Shown here in pieces: positions 15,494 to 24,843 of a stretch of 64,000 nt of DNA; position 1 is the stretch's first letter, and every line of letters begins with the position of its first letter. The notes beneath the pieces are model-generated. The model was not told where the DNA came from. It ran no database searches and saw only the letters and a list, made by a program, of their open reading frames with translations. The translations under genes and the position numbers were made by a program. The stretch is from an uncultured Gammaproteobacteria bacterium (GTDB lineage Bacteria > Pseudomonadota > Gammaproteobacteria > Arenicellales > JAANXG01), in the NCBI GenBank assembly GCA_947259395.1, contig CAMYMN010000015.1, positions 8,915 through 72,914 of the forward strand, in the 5' to 3' direction.

Positions 15494-16477
15494 CTATTTG
15501 GCCGTGGCCTCGAACACCTCGGTGTCGGGGTGAAAGGCGACCCAAGCGAACCAATAAGCGATGGTCGTGGGAATTTCGTTGCCCTGCCGATCGACGATGC
15601 GGCCGTTACGGTTGCGGGCGTCGAATTCGATTCTTAGTAGTTGTCCCGCGAAACGGTCATTGACTACCGAAGGCCCCTTGGACAGTTCCGCAAACGGATA
15701 CACTTTGGCCTGCTCGCCGATTTTCAGTCCCATTACCAATTCCTTGGGATGGTATTTAGGACTTTTGTTGCTGACCGGAAAAAACACCCTGGGTGTAGTC
15801 TCATACCCTGCATACGGGCTGCGGCTGTAGTCGCGGGCGTGACCGGTATCGGTCGATAACACCAGGGTGTCGGGATGACGTTCGCGCCAATCGCGCCAAG
15901 TAGTGTGTGTGAGTGCAAGCTGATCGAGACTGGCTCCCTTCATCTTACCGCTGATGGCCTTGCGCATGATCTGTGACCACAGGGATTCGGTTTCCCGGTC
16001 GTACAGGAGCACATCGCTGTTATAGAGTAGGCCCGAGACGCCGAAGCTGTGCTTTCGCCCTCCCACCTTGGCGGAAAATGCCATCCCGGTTCCGCACAAT
16101 GGACAGAAACTGACGACCACGGCCTCATCGCCGAATTTGTCATTGACGATCTCATGGTAATTGAGGATACGGATGGGGTAGGCCTTGGCGCTGCCGTTGC
16201 GGTGCATACCCAGAATTCGATCGTCGTCAGCCAGAAAATCCACGCCATCCACGGTGACGAATTTCGGCGCATCAATGGCTGGAATGCCGTCCCGCGGTGG
16301 GCCGCCGTGATGGATTTGCGCACTGGGGACCAGAGAGTCTGAGAGATCGAATCCATTGGTGCGTGATGCGGTCAGACCCGAGGGCACGAATAAAACATAG
16401 ATTGCGACGGCGGCGAGCGGATAAGCTATCACTCGACGCCAGCGCGTAGAGATTTGTGAAACGTTGAACGGATTCAT
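15494..16477 (-). CDS. DUF3179 domain-containing protein (membrane-anchored/exported)
   Basis: N-terminal TM anchor. Motifs PPRDGIPAIDAPKF, GSAKAYPIRILNYHEIVND and VVSFCPLCGTG are characteristic of DUF3179 as I recall it. Confidence 0.7.
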   Translation of the reverse strand: MNPFNVSQISTRWRRVIAYPLAAVAIYVLFVPSGLTASRTNGFDLSDSLVPSAQIHHGGPPRDGIPAIDAPKFVTVDGVDFLADDDRILGMHRNGSAKAYPIRILNYHEIVNDKFGDEAVVVSFCPLCGTGMAFSAKVGGRKHSFGVSGLLYNSDVLLYDRETESLWSQIMRKAISGKMKGASLDQLALTHTTWRDWRERHPDTLVLSTDTGHARDYSRSPYAGYETTPRVFFPVSNKSPKYHPKELVMGLKIGEQAKVYPFAELSKGPSVVNDRFAGQLLRIEFDARNRNGRIVDRQGNEIPTTIAYWFAWVAFHPDTEVFEATAK

Positions 16478-16584
16478 AGGTAATCAGACCCAGGTTAGCG
16501 GGATATGCTTACATAGACAGTGATACCACCGCGAGATTCCCTGAAACCAGGGCGCCGATGGTGTGGCGCCGCATCGCAGTTAGC

Positions 16585-16612
16585 CTTGAAATTAATCCTG
16601 TGGACCGCATAA
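16585..16612 (+). promoter_or_regulatory. sigma-32 (heat-shock) type promoter candidate upstream of lon
   Basis: CTTGAAA (16585-16591), a 13-nt spacer, then CCGCATAA (16605-12), compared with the consensus CTTGAAA-N13-15-CCCCATNT. It ends 29 nt upstream of the lon ATG. Confidence 0.4.
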
Positions 16613-16641
16613 CTGATTAATCACTATAAGATTTATCAATA

Positions 16642-19035
16642 ATGGCCAACGATTTTTCCAACCTGGAGGCAGTGGAACCTGCACCGTCAGAGGTAGGCAC
16701 GAGTCTAGCGCGTCCGTCGGACGTGTTGCCCCGCATTATCCATCTTTTACCCAATAACGCGCGCCCGTTTTTTCCCGGACAGGTCATGCCGCTGCTGCTA
16801 TCGCGTGCGCATTGGTCCGAGACCCTCAAGGCGGTGCACGACTCCCAGCAGGGTATCATTGGCGTGGTGCTGAGCAAGGAAAAAGAAGGAGAAAAAGTTA
16901 ACCGCAAAGATTTTTACAATATGGGCACGGCGTGCCGGTTGCACCAGGCGCAAGTGCACGACGACAAAATCCACGCGGTGCTCGTCGGTGAGCAGCGGTT
17001 CGAGATCGAAGATTGGATCTCGACGGATAGACCATTCCAGGCGCGAGTTCGTTATTTTCCGGAAACGGATTATAAAGACCTTCCCGAAATCAAGGCCTAC
17101 GTCACCGCCATCATTAATACCATCAAAAAGCTGCTGCCTCTTAATCCGCTGTATGGCGAAGAATTGAAGATCTTCCTGCAGAACTACCGTCCGGACGACC
17201 CTTCTCATCTCGCTGATTTCGCCGCCAGTCTCACCACTGCTACCGCTACGGAACTGCAACAGGTCCTCGAAGCCGTGCACATCCGCCCGCGCTTGGAAAA
17301 AGCATTGGTGTTATTGAATAAAGAACTCGAAGTTGCGAAAGCACAGATGGAGATTCGTCAACACGTGGAGGGTGAGATTCAGTCGCGTCAGCGCGAGATA
17401 TTCTTGCGCGAACAGCTGAAATTTATCCAGGGGGAACTGGGTATTTCCAAAGATGATCGCACCGCCGAGCTAGAGAAGTTCAAACTGCGGATCGCTGACT
17501 TGACGTTTCCGGAACACGCGCAAATGCGGGTTGACGAAGAGATGGAAAAGCTCGCGGTTTTGGAGCTGGGCTCGCCGGAATATACGGTAACCCGTAATTA
17601 TCTTGATTGGCTGACCACACTGCCTTGGAATACTTACACCGAGGACCAACTGGATCTCGATCGCGCCGCGAAGATTCTCGATCAGGACCACGAGGGCTTG
17701 GACGATGTAAAGCAGCGCATCTTGGAGTTTCTCGGGGTCGGCGCTATGAAGGGTGAAGTGGCTGGATCGATTCTGTTGTTCGTCGGGCCCCCGGGGGTAG
17801 GCAAGACGTCGTTGGGCCGCTCCATTGCCCACGCACTGGGACGAAAGTTCTACCGCTTCTCTTTGGGGGGAATGCGGGATGAAGCGGAGATCAAGGGTCA
17901 TCGGCGCACCTATATCGGTGCCATGCCGGGCAAGTTTGTCCACGCGCTGAAAGAGACCGGATCTGCCAATCCGGTGATTATGCTCGATGAGATCGACAAA
18001 ATAGGTGCGTCATTTCGCGGCGATCCGGCGTCTGCTCTGCTCGAAGTCTTGGATCCCGAGCAAAACGAAAACTTTCTGGATCATTATCTGGATGTGCGAT
18101 TCGACCTGTCCAAGGTGTTGTTTATTTGCACCGCCAATCAACTCGACACCATCCCCGGTCCATTGTTGGACCGCGTGGAAACGATTCCACTGTCCGGCTA
18201 CCTCGCGGACGAGAAAATGCTCATCGCCAAGAATCACCTGCTCCCGAGGTTATTGCAAAGAGCCGGTTTAAAAGAACGGGGACAGCTCCGCTTGGAACAG
18301 GTGGCCCTCAAAAAAATCATTGAGCAGTACGCCCGCGAGGCCGGTGTGCGGCGGCTCGAGAAGCTGTTGGGCAAGATCGTGCGCAAGGTGGTGATGAAGA
18401 TCATCAAGCACGAGGCAAAGTCAGTACGTATTCGGGCGGGCGATGTTGAAGACTATCTGGGAATGCCGGTGTTCAGAAAGGATAAACGCATGAGCGGTGT
18501 CGGTATCGTTACCGGTTTGGCATGGACGCCCATGGGCGGGGCCACCTTGAATGTGGAGGCAAGTAAGAGCCATGGGTTCAATCGCGGATTCAAGCTCACC
18601 GGTCAATTGGGGGACGTGATGCGTGAGTCGGCTGAGATTGCGTACAGTTACATCGTTTCCAACGCGAAAAATCTTGGTGCCAAGCCAGAATTTTTTGAAC
18701 GCGCCTTTATCCACGTGCACGTTCCGGCAGGGGCCACTCGAAAAGATGGTCCTAGCGCCGGTATTACCATGGCCAGTGCACTGTTGTCCCTCGCAAGAAA
18801 ACGGCGTATCAATAAGAGCGTTGCCATGACCGGTGAGTTAACACTCACCGGTCACGTATTGCCGGTGGGAGGTGTTAAGGAAAAAATTCTCGCCGCCAAA
18901 CGTGCCGGCATCAAGGAGGTTATTCTGCCGGAAGCCAACCACGGTGACTTCGCGGAACTTCCCGCTGCTATCCGCGAGGGTGTGACCGAGCACTTTGTCG
19001 AACATTACAAAGATGTGGTTTCGTTAATTTTTTAA
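16642..19035 (+). CDS. lon: ATP-dependent Lon protease (LonA type)
   Basis: 797 aa. N-terminal LON domain (LPNNARPFFPGQVMPLLL), Walker A GPPGVGKTS, Walker B IMLDEIDK, and protease Ser motif KDGPSAGITMA. Confidence 0.9.
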   Translation: MANDFSNLEAVEPAPSEVGTSLARPSDVLPRIIHLLPNNARPFFPGQVMPLLLSRAHWSETLKAVHDSQQGIIGVVLSKEKEGEKVNRKDFYNMGTACRLHQAQVHDDKIHAVLVGEQRFEIEDWISTDRPFQARVRYFPETDYKDLPEIKAYVTAIINTIKKLLPLNPLYGEELKIFLQNYRPDDPSHLADFAASLTTATATELQQVLEAVHIRPRLEKALVLLNKELEVAKAQMEIRQHVEGEIQSRQREIFLREQLKFIQGELGISKDDRTAELEKFKLRIADLTFPEHAQMRVDEEMEKLAVLELGSPEYTVTRNYLDWLTTLPWNTYTEDQLDLDRAAKILDQDHEGLDDVKQRILEFLGVGAMKGEVAGSILLFVGPPGVGKTSLGRSIAHALGRKFYRFSLGGMRDEAEIKGHRRTYIGAMPGKFVHALKETGSANPVIMLDEIDKIGASFRGDPASALLEVLDPEQNENFLDHYLDVRFDLSKVLFICTANQLDTIPGPLLDRVETIPLSGYLADEKMLIAKNHLLPRLLQRAGLKERGQLRLEQVALKKIIEQYAREAGVRRLEKLLGKIVRKVVMKIIKHEAKSVRIRAGDVEDYLGMPVFRKDKRMSGVGIVTGLAWTPMGGATLNVEASKSHGFNRGFKLTGQLGDVMRESAEIAYSYIVSNAKNLGAKPEFFERAFIHVHVPAGATRKDGPSAGITMASALLSLARKRRINKSVAMTGELTLTGHVLPVGGVKEKILAAKRAGIKEVILPEANHGDFAELPAAIREGVTEHFVEHYKDVVSLIF

Positions 19036-19152
19036 CTAGAGTATTGTCGTTATTTGCTTTTCTGTATTGACGTTTTCTTTTTGCTAAAAGCATGTTCATT
19101 TTTGAAATGAAACGGTAACATTCGCGTAACCTGGTCCTCTAAGCACATAACA

Positions 19153-19335
19153 ATGTCTCAGTTATTTCTGATTCTTTTTTTAGGCGGCCTTGTCCTGACG
19201 CAGATTGTGGATTACGTCGGTGTCTATTACCTGGACACTGTGGGATTCATCCTGATGGGTGTGGCGGCAGCCTCATATTTCATCACCCTCATTGTTAGAG
19301 CGCTGCGTAAACGGTCTAGCGCTGGTGAGCGGTAG
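19153..19335 (+). CDS. small hypothetical membrane protein (60 aa)
   Basis: Two hydrophobic helices and a basic C-terminus (RALRKRSSAGER). There is no clear SD, so support is weak. Confidence 0.3.
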   Translation: MSQLFLILFLGGLVLTQIVDYVGVYYLDTVGFILMGVAAASYFITLIVRALRKRSSAGER

Positions 19336-19504
19336 CGGTTGCGCACCAATGGGCGGCTCCAATCGGTTGACCCAAGCGCTTTGGATATGACTATACTAGT
19401 AATAGTCAACATCGAAGTCCTAGGCGTTTCCCCTGACTGATACCATAATCGCCGTTTCCGCTTTGTCGGCACGGGTTTACGCCTAGCGCCGGAGTGACGA
19501 TATC

Positions 19505-19876
19505 GTGTCAAACGGCGGAATTCCATTCAGAAATCTCATCGTACTAGTCGTCATCGCCTCGGCCGTTTACTTCTCCTGGACCGAGGGGCTGTTCAAGATC
19601 TTCACCCGCTCGCACACACAACACAACGATGTAGTTGTCTACGTCTCGAATCGTTGTGGTACGCCGTGTAACCGCCTCGTGGGTATGATTCGCGAAGAGA
19701 ATGTGCTGGTTTATGTATTGAATGTCGATGATGATGAAGAAATCGCGCAAGAGTTGAGGGAAAAGTTGGATGCCATAGGTTTTCGTCAAACCATCTATCG
19801 GCTGCCGGTCGTGGATCTTTATGGCGAGATTCTACCTGTTCCATCAATCAGGGACGTCAAACGAAGACTTCGCTAG
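19505..19876 (+). CDS. membrane-anchored glutaredoxin/thioredoxin-fold protein with atypical CGTPC motif
   Basis: GTG start. TM anchor LIVLVVIASAVYFSW, followed by a Grx-like beta-alpha-beta layout: VVVYVSNRCGTPC ... VLVYVLNVDDDEE ... RLPVVDLYGEIL (cis-Pro position). Confidence 0.5.
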   Translation: MSNGGIPFRNLIVLVVIASAVYFSWTEGLFKIFTRSHTQHNDVVVYVSNRCGTPCNRLVGMIREENVLVYVLNVDDDEEIAQELREKLDAIGFRQTIYRLPVVDLYGEILPVPSIRDVKRRLR

Positions 19877-20239
19877 GTGGCAAACCACTTCGGTGCAACA
19901 TATGGGTTAGGTTCCCACAGTTGCACGATAAGACCCCTAAAATCAGTGTTGCGACTCGTGAGTACCAGCTTGGATACACCGCGCGGCGTGCCCGTGAAGT
20001 CCATGGACGCGCCGTCCACGGTAGCGGCATTGAGATCGACGTGACTCGCAAGCAATAAGCGGTGTAATGTATTCAGCTTATGGCTACCGCGTTTGATGAC
20101 GATGGCGCGCAACACCAATATATAGGTTAGTCCATGGTCAGTGTTAGCCACTTTGGTGATATTATAGTGGGGTTGTGTGTATGTGTCAGTGACAGACCGG
20201 TAGGTTTGATTCAGGGCACCAAAATTGGGAGGAACTAGA

Positions 20240-21235
20240 ATGTCCAACGAAAAAATCAGCGTATACAAAAACTACCCACGGCAGATTTGGCCACTTTGTG
20301 CGGCAACGATCCTAACTCTGATGTTGGCGCCGGGGTCGTGGGCGCAAGACAAATTTCCATCGCAGACCATCGAGGTCGTTACCCATGCCGGGGCCGGTGG
20401 CGGTACCGACGTAACTACACGTATGGCGTTACTGCGCACCCGGCGCGTACTCAAAACAGACATGGTGGTGGTCAGCAAACGTGGTGGTGGTGGTGCTGTA
20501 GCGATGAACTACATCAACAGCCGCCCTCGTGATGGTTACGCCATCATGACTATTACACCAACCCATCTTTTGACCATTGCACGCGGCAAGTCACCGTTGA
20601 AGCTGGATGATTTGGTGGGATTGGCGCGCGCCACCGACGATCCGCAGTTGCTCATGGTCAAGGGCGATAGCAAATTCAAGACCATTCAGGAGCTGCTTGC
20701 GGAGGCGAAGCAAAAGTCATTTAAGTTTGGCGGTACCCAGGTCGGGGCCATCGACCAGATCACCGCGTTTACTTTCGCCAAGCGCGCCGGGATAAAGGAT
20801 CCCAACTATATTCCGTACAAAGGCGGCGGCGCGATCGTTACTGCGCTCATCGGTGGTGATATCGATATCGGAGTGCTCAATCTTTCGGAAGCCGAGTCGC
20901 AGATTAGCGCTGGAGAGATTCGCCCGCTGGTGGTGATGGCAAAAAAACGCATGAAGCCGCTTCCCGACGTCCCGACCACGGTGGAACTTGGTATCGATGC
21001 GGTATTTTCCACGGTACGTGGTTTCGTGACCCTGAAGGGAGTACCAAAAGATCGGGTTAAAATACTTGAAGAGAGTCTTATCAAGGCGATGAATCACAAG
21101 GTCTATCAGAGTTACCTGGAGACCGCGGGGCTGGGACCTGACAGTATCGTTGGTAGTGCGGATTGGAATACGCAGATCCAACAGCTATACAAGGATGGTG
21201 TCGCCGCGCTCAAAGATCTCGGCATGTTGAAATAA
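20240..21235 (+). CDS. tctC: tripartite tricarboxylate transporter substrate-binding protein (TctC/Bug family)
   Basis: SD GGGAGGA lies 6 nt upstream of ATG 20240. Signal peptide ...LMLAPGSWAQD. Bug-family body (GGGTDVTTR, YKGGGAIVTALIGGDID). Confidence 0.85.
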   Translation: MSNEKISVYKNYPRQIWPLCAATILTLMLAPGSWAQDKFPSQTIEVVTHAGAGGGTDVTTRMALLRTRRVLKTDMVVVSKRGGGGAVAMNYINSRPRDGYAIMTITPTHLLTIARGKSPLKLDDLVGLARATDDPQLLMVKGDSKFKTIQELLAEAKQKSFKFGGTQVGAIDQITAFTFAKRAGIKDPNYIPYKGGGAIVTALIGGDIDIGVLNLSEAESQISAGEIRPLVVMAKKRMKPLPDVPTTVELGIDAVFSTVRGFVTLKGVPKDRVKILEESLIKAMNHKVYQSYLETAGLGPDSIVGSADWNTQIQQLYKDGVAALKDLGMLK

Positions 21236-21274
21236 TCGCATCGGATCCGTAACCGAGCGGCAGGAACCGGATCG

Positions 21275-21793
21275 GTGATCGGTCGACGGCATCCATCGAC
21301 GCGCGGCGATACCGATGCCGCGTCGCCTGCAGCCGGCGGCGGCAGCTGGCTGCACAGCGACGATGCCGCCGGCGTGGCTATTCTCGTCTTTGTCGGCGTC
21401 GTTTTCGCGATCACGACAACGTTTGAGGAGGTCCCGGCAGCCCTCTCTCAAGGCATTCCACCGGAGCAGTTTCCGCGCATACTGGTTGTGGTGATCGCGT
21501 TGCTGGCGGTCATCATGATTGTCCAATCCCGTCTCCGGCGGGAAGGTCCACGCAAACGGGTGCCGGTGATGGTACTTTTCACCGCATGTTTGCTGATTGT
21601 GTTCGTGGTGTTGATCGACTGGATCGGAATGATCGCCGCGATGCTCGGGTTCTGTGTGGCGCTGCCGTTGTTGTGGGGTGAAAAACGGTTTTTGTGGGTC
21701 GGCGTGTATGCGGTGCTGTTCCCGGTCTGCATATACTTGTTGTTTTCGATGCTGCTTGGGGTCCGCCTGCCACTCGGATTGTTTATGGGCTGA
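21275..21793 (+). CDS. tctB: tripartite tricarboxylate transporter small membrane subunit (TctB family)
   Basis: Four hydrophobic segments, positioned between tctC and tctA. The start is uncertain: the first 30 or so codons are non-hydrophobic, and GTG 21374 is an alternative. Confidence 0.65.
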   Translation: MIGRRHPSTRGDTDAASPAAGGGSWLHSDDAAGVAILVFVGVVFAITTTFEEVPAALSQGIPPEQFPRILVVVIALLAVIMIVQSRLRREGPRKRVPVMVLFTACLLIVFVVLIDWIGMIAAMLGFCVALPLLWGEKRFLWVGVYAVLFPVCIYLLFSMLLGVRLPLGLFMG

Positions 21794-21802
21794 CGGCAAT
21801 AC

Positions 21803-23308
21803 ATGGATATTTTTACGACCTTGGCATCGATTCTCCTCGACCCGTATATGTTGCTGGTGATACTGGCCGGCACCGTCGGTGGCGTACTGGTCGGTGTGTT
21901 ACCGGGGCTTAGTTCAACCATGGCGACGGCATTGTTGCTGCCGTTTACGGTCACGATGGAACCGATACCGGCGATATCCCTGTTGGCTGCCCTGTATTGT
22001 GCCGGCACCTATGGCGGTTCGATCACCGCCATACTGATCAACGCGCCCGGTGCACCGCCGGCGGCGGCGACCGCGCTGGACGGCTATCCCCTGGCGGTAC
22101 GCGGCGAAGCCGGCCGCGCACTCGGTATGGCCACCGTCAGCAGCACCATCGGCGGCATATTCAGCGTCTTGGTTTTAATCGTTGCCGCGCCGTTGCTTGC
22201 TCGCATCGCCTATAAGTTCGGGGCCCCGGAATATTTCGCGCTGGCGCTGTTCGGCCTGTCGATGTTGGCGTCGATCAGCGGGAAATCCTCGGTCAAGAAT
22301 CTCATCGGCGGCGCCTTTGGTGTGTTGATCGCAACGGTGGGCGTCGATTTCACTACCGGTGTCGAGCGCTTCACGTTTGGGTTTCCGGAATTGACCGAAG
22401 GCATCCATTTTATTCCTGTGATGATCGGCTTGTTCGGGGGGTCGGAACTCTTGACACAGGCAGCATCGCTGAATGTGATTTACAAGCGGATTGCGTCGGT
22501 TGCTGTTCGCCTGCCCAGTCGCGAAGATTTTCGCAAGGTTCGCGGGGTGATCGCACGTTCGTGCGGCATCGGCACTTTCATCGGTATCCTGCCGGCGGAG
22601 GGTGGGACCGTGGCGGCCATGGTTGCCTATAACGAGGCCAAGCGCTGGTCAAAGGACAAGGCGGAATTCGGCAACGGCGCGATCGAGGGAATTGCCGGAC
22701 CCGAGGCGGCCAACAATGCAGCCACCGGCGGGGCAATGGTACCGACCCTTGCGCTGGGAATTCCCGGAAGCGCTACCACTGCCGTGATCCTCGGTGCGTT
22801 GATGGTGCATGGTTTGCGCCCCGGCCCGCACCTTTTCAACGAACAACCACACCTGCTCTACTCTATTTTTATCGCGATGTTGGTGGCAAACGTGATGTTC
22901 ATGGGGCTTGGCATGGTCGGCGCTAAAGTGTTCGCGAGGGTAACTCTAATCCCGCGCACCTTTCTGTGGCCGTCGGTGTTTGCTCTGGCGGTGGTGGGGT
23001 CCTATGCCTTGACGCAAAGCATGTTAGACGTATGGGTCATGTTGATTTTTGGGCTGTTGGGTTTTCTATTTCGGCGCTACGGGTTTTCACCGGCGCCTAT
23101 CATTATGGGACTAATCCTCGGTGAACTGGTGGAAAACTCGCTCAAGCAATCGTTGTTGATCTTTGGGCACAACTGGTTATTGTTCTTTGAACGACCAATT
23201 GTGGTTACGTTCTTCGTTCTTACGCTTGCGGGACTGTTTGGTCCGTTTCTCTATCAACACTTAGTGTCTGGGTTCACGAAAAACCGCGGAGGAACCTTGG
23301 ATGAATAA
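21803..23308 (+). CDS. tctA: tripartite tricarboxylate transporter large permease (TctA family)
   Basis: 501 aa, highly hydrophobic. TctA-like N-terminus (...GVLVGVLPGLSSTMA) and typical length. Confidence 0.9.
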   Translation: MDIFTTLASILLDPYMLLVILAGTVGGVLVGVLPGLSSTMATALLLPFTVTMEPIPAISLLAALYCAGTYGGSITAILINAPGAPPAAATALDGYPLAVRGEAGRALGMATVSSTIGGIFSVLVLIVAAPLLARIAYKFGAPEYFALALFGLSMLASISGKSSVKNLIGGAFGVLIATVGVDFTTGVERFTFGFPELTEGIHFIPVMIGLFGGSELLTQAASLNVIYKRIASVAVRLPSREDFRKVRGVIARSCGIGTFIGILPAEGGTVAAMVAYNEAKRWSKDKAEFGNGAIEGIAGPEAANNAATGGAMVPTLALGIPGSATTAVILGALMVHGLRPGPHLFNEQPHLLYSIFIAMLVANVMFMGLGMVGAKVFARVTLIPRTFLWPSVFALAVVGSYALTQSMLDVWVMLIFGLLGFLFRRYGFSPAPIIMGLILGELVENSLKQSLLIFGHNWLLFFERPIVVTFFVLTLAGLFGPFLYQHLVSGFTKNRGGTLDE

Positions 23309-23384
23309 CACGCCAGCATCGATCTATCGACACGATTTTGGCCGTCATTTAGTTAATCGTAGTCCCACTGATATGAATTAGGGA

Positions 23385-24827
23385 ATGAATATGAATTCTG
23401 CTCCGATCAAGAAATTTACTCCCGAACTCGACCCGAACCGCGGACGAGGTTTAACCAAGTATGTGGCAAGTTTTGTAGTCGAAACCAACTATGAAGCTCT
23501 TCCCGATGAGCTGATCAACCTCGGAAAGAAATCCATTCTCGATGGCCTGGGCTTGGCGTTGTCTGGATCGGTGGCAAAGAGTGGCGAGCTGGTTCGCGCT
23601 CATCTCCATTCACTGAACCTTACCGGCAATACGACGGTTATCGGCAACGAACTAGAGGTGCCGTCACGGTTCGCGGCGTTCGCTAACGGGATAGGTATAC
23701 ACGCCGACGACTATGACGATACCCAGTTGGCGGTCGGCAAGGACCGTGTTTACGGACTATTGACCCATCCCACTGCACCGGCGTTGCCCGCCGCCCTCGC
23801 CGTTGCGGAGGCCGATGGGCTCTCCGGGCGCGAGATGATGCTTGCCTATCATCTTGGCGTTGAGGTCGAGTGCAAGATTTCAGAAGCGATCTCGCCACGG
23901 CACTATCAGCACGGATTTCACTCGACGGCAACTTGCGGCACTTTTGCCGCAGCGTGTGCGGTGGCCAGGTTGCGCGATTTCAACGTCGAGACGGTGCAGC
24001 GGGCGTTGGCAATCAGCGGCAGCCAATCCGCCGGCTTGCGCGAAAATTTCGGTAGCATGACCAAGCCGTTTCACGCCGGGCGGTCGTCGGAAAGCGGCGT
24101 CATTGCCGCAGAGCTCGCGGCACTGGGTTGGTCCGCTACGGATCAGATTCTGGAGGCGCCGCGCGGGTTTTTTCAGGCCCACGGGGGCGGCTATGACGTC
24201 GCTTCCATCGAGAACAAGCTGGGTAATCCCTGGACTTTCATGAACCCGGGTGTATCCATAAAACCACACCCCTCCGGTTCGCTCACCCACCCCGGGATGA
24301 CGGAGATGTCGCGTTTGATCAGGGAGCACAAAATTACTGCGGATCAAATCGACAGCGTCGCTGTGGGCACCAATCACAATATGCCCAATGCCCTGATTCA
24401 TCACCGGCCTGTCAATGAACTCCAGGCTAAGTTCAGTATGGAGTTCTGTATGGCGATACTGTTGCTCGAGGGACGAGGAGGTCTCGCGGAATTCACCGAT
24501 GAGGTGGTTAATCGGCCCGACGTCAAGGCGATGATCGAACGGGTCCATTTTGGCGTGCACCCGGAGGCCGAGGCGGCCGGTTACGACAAAATGACCACTA
24601 TCATCGATATCAACCTAAAGGACGGCCGGACGATCTCCGGGCGTGCCGATTTCGGCAAGGGTAGCCCGCACAATCCGATGAGCTATGACGAGGTTGCCGA
24701 TAAGTTCCGTGAATGCGCGGCCTTTGCCAAGTGGCCGAATGCAAAGACTGAAGCGATCGTGAAATGCGTTCAGGATCTAGATGCAGTTTCCGACGTCAAC
24801 GAACTGACGGCGCTGCTTTCGGCCTGA
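23385..24827 (+). CDS. MmgE/PrpD-family protein (2-methylcitrate dehydratase-like fold, substrate unknown)
   Basis: 480 aa. Family-typical segments are present (ILDGLGLALSGS, GIHADDYDDT, HPTAPALPAALAVAE, SAGLRENFGSMTKPFHAGR). Confidence 0.85.
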   Translation: MNMNSAPIKKFTPELDPNRGRGLTKYVASFVVETNYEALPDELINLGKKSILDGLGLALSGSVAKSGELVRAHLHSLNLTGNTTVIGNELEVPSRFAAFANGIGIHADDYDDTQLAVGKDRVYGLLTHPTAPALPAALAVAEADGLSGREMMLAYHLGVEVECKISEAISPRHYQHGFHSTATCGTFAAACAVARLRDFNVETVQRALAISGSQSAGLRENFGSMTKPFHAGRSSESGVIAAELAALGWSATDQILEAPRGFFQAHGGGYDVASIENKLGNPWTFMNPGVSIKPHPSGSLTHPGMTEMSRLIREHKITADQIDSVAVGTNHNMPNALIHHRPVNELQAKFSMEFCMAILLLEGRGGLAEFTDEVVNRPDVKAMIERVHFGVHPEAEAAGYDKMTTIIDINLKDGRTISGRADFGKGSPHNPMSYDEVADKFRECAAFAKWPNAKTEAIVKCVQDLDAVSDVNELTALLSA

Positions 24828-24843
24828 TAATCAATATCGACAG

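Noticed and set aside
20231-20245. GGAACTAGAATGTCC resembling the right arm (GTAGAATGTCC) of the dyad cassettes
   Set aside because: The ATG within it is the tctC start codon preceded by its SD, and there is no matching left arm upstream. The similarity is best explained by chance.
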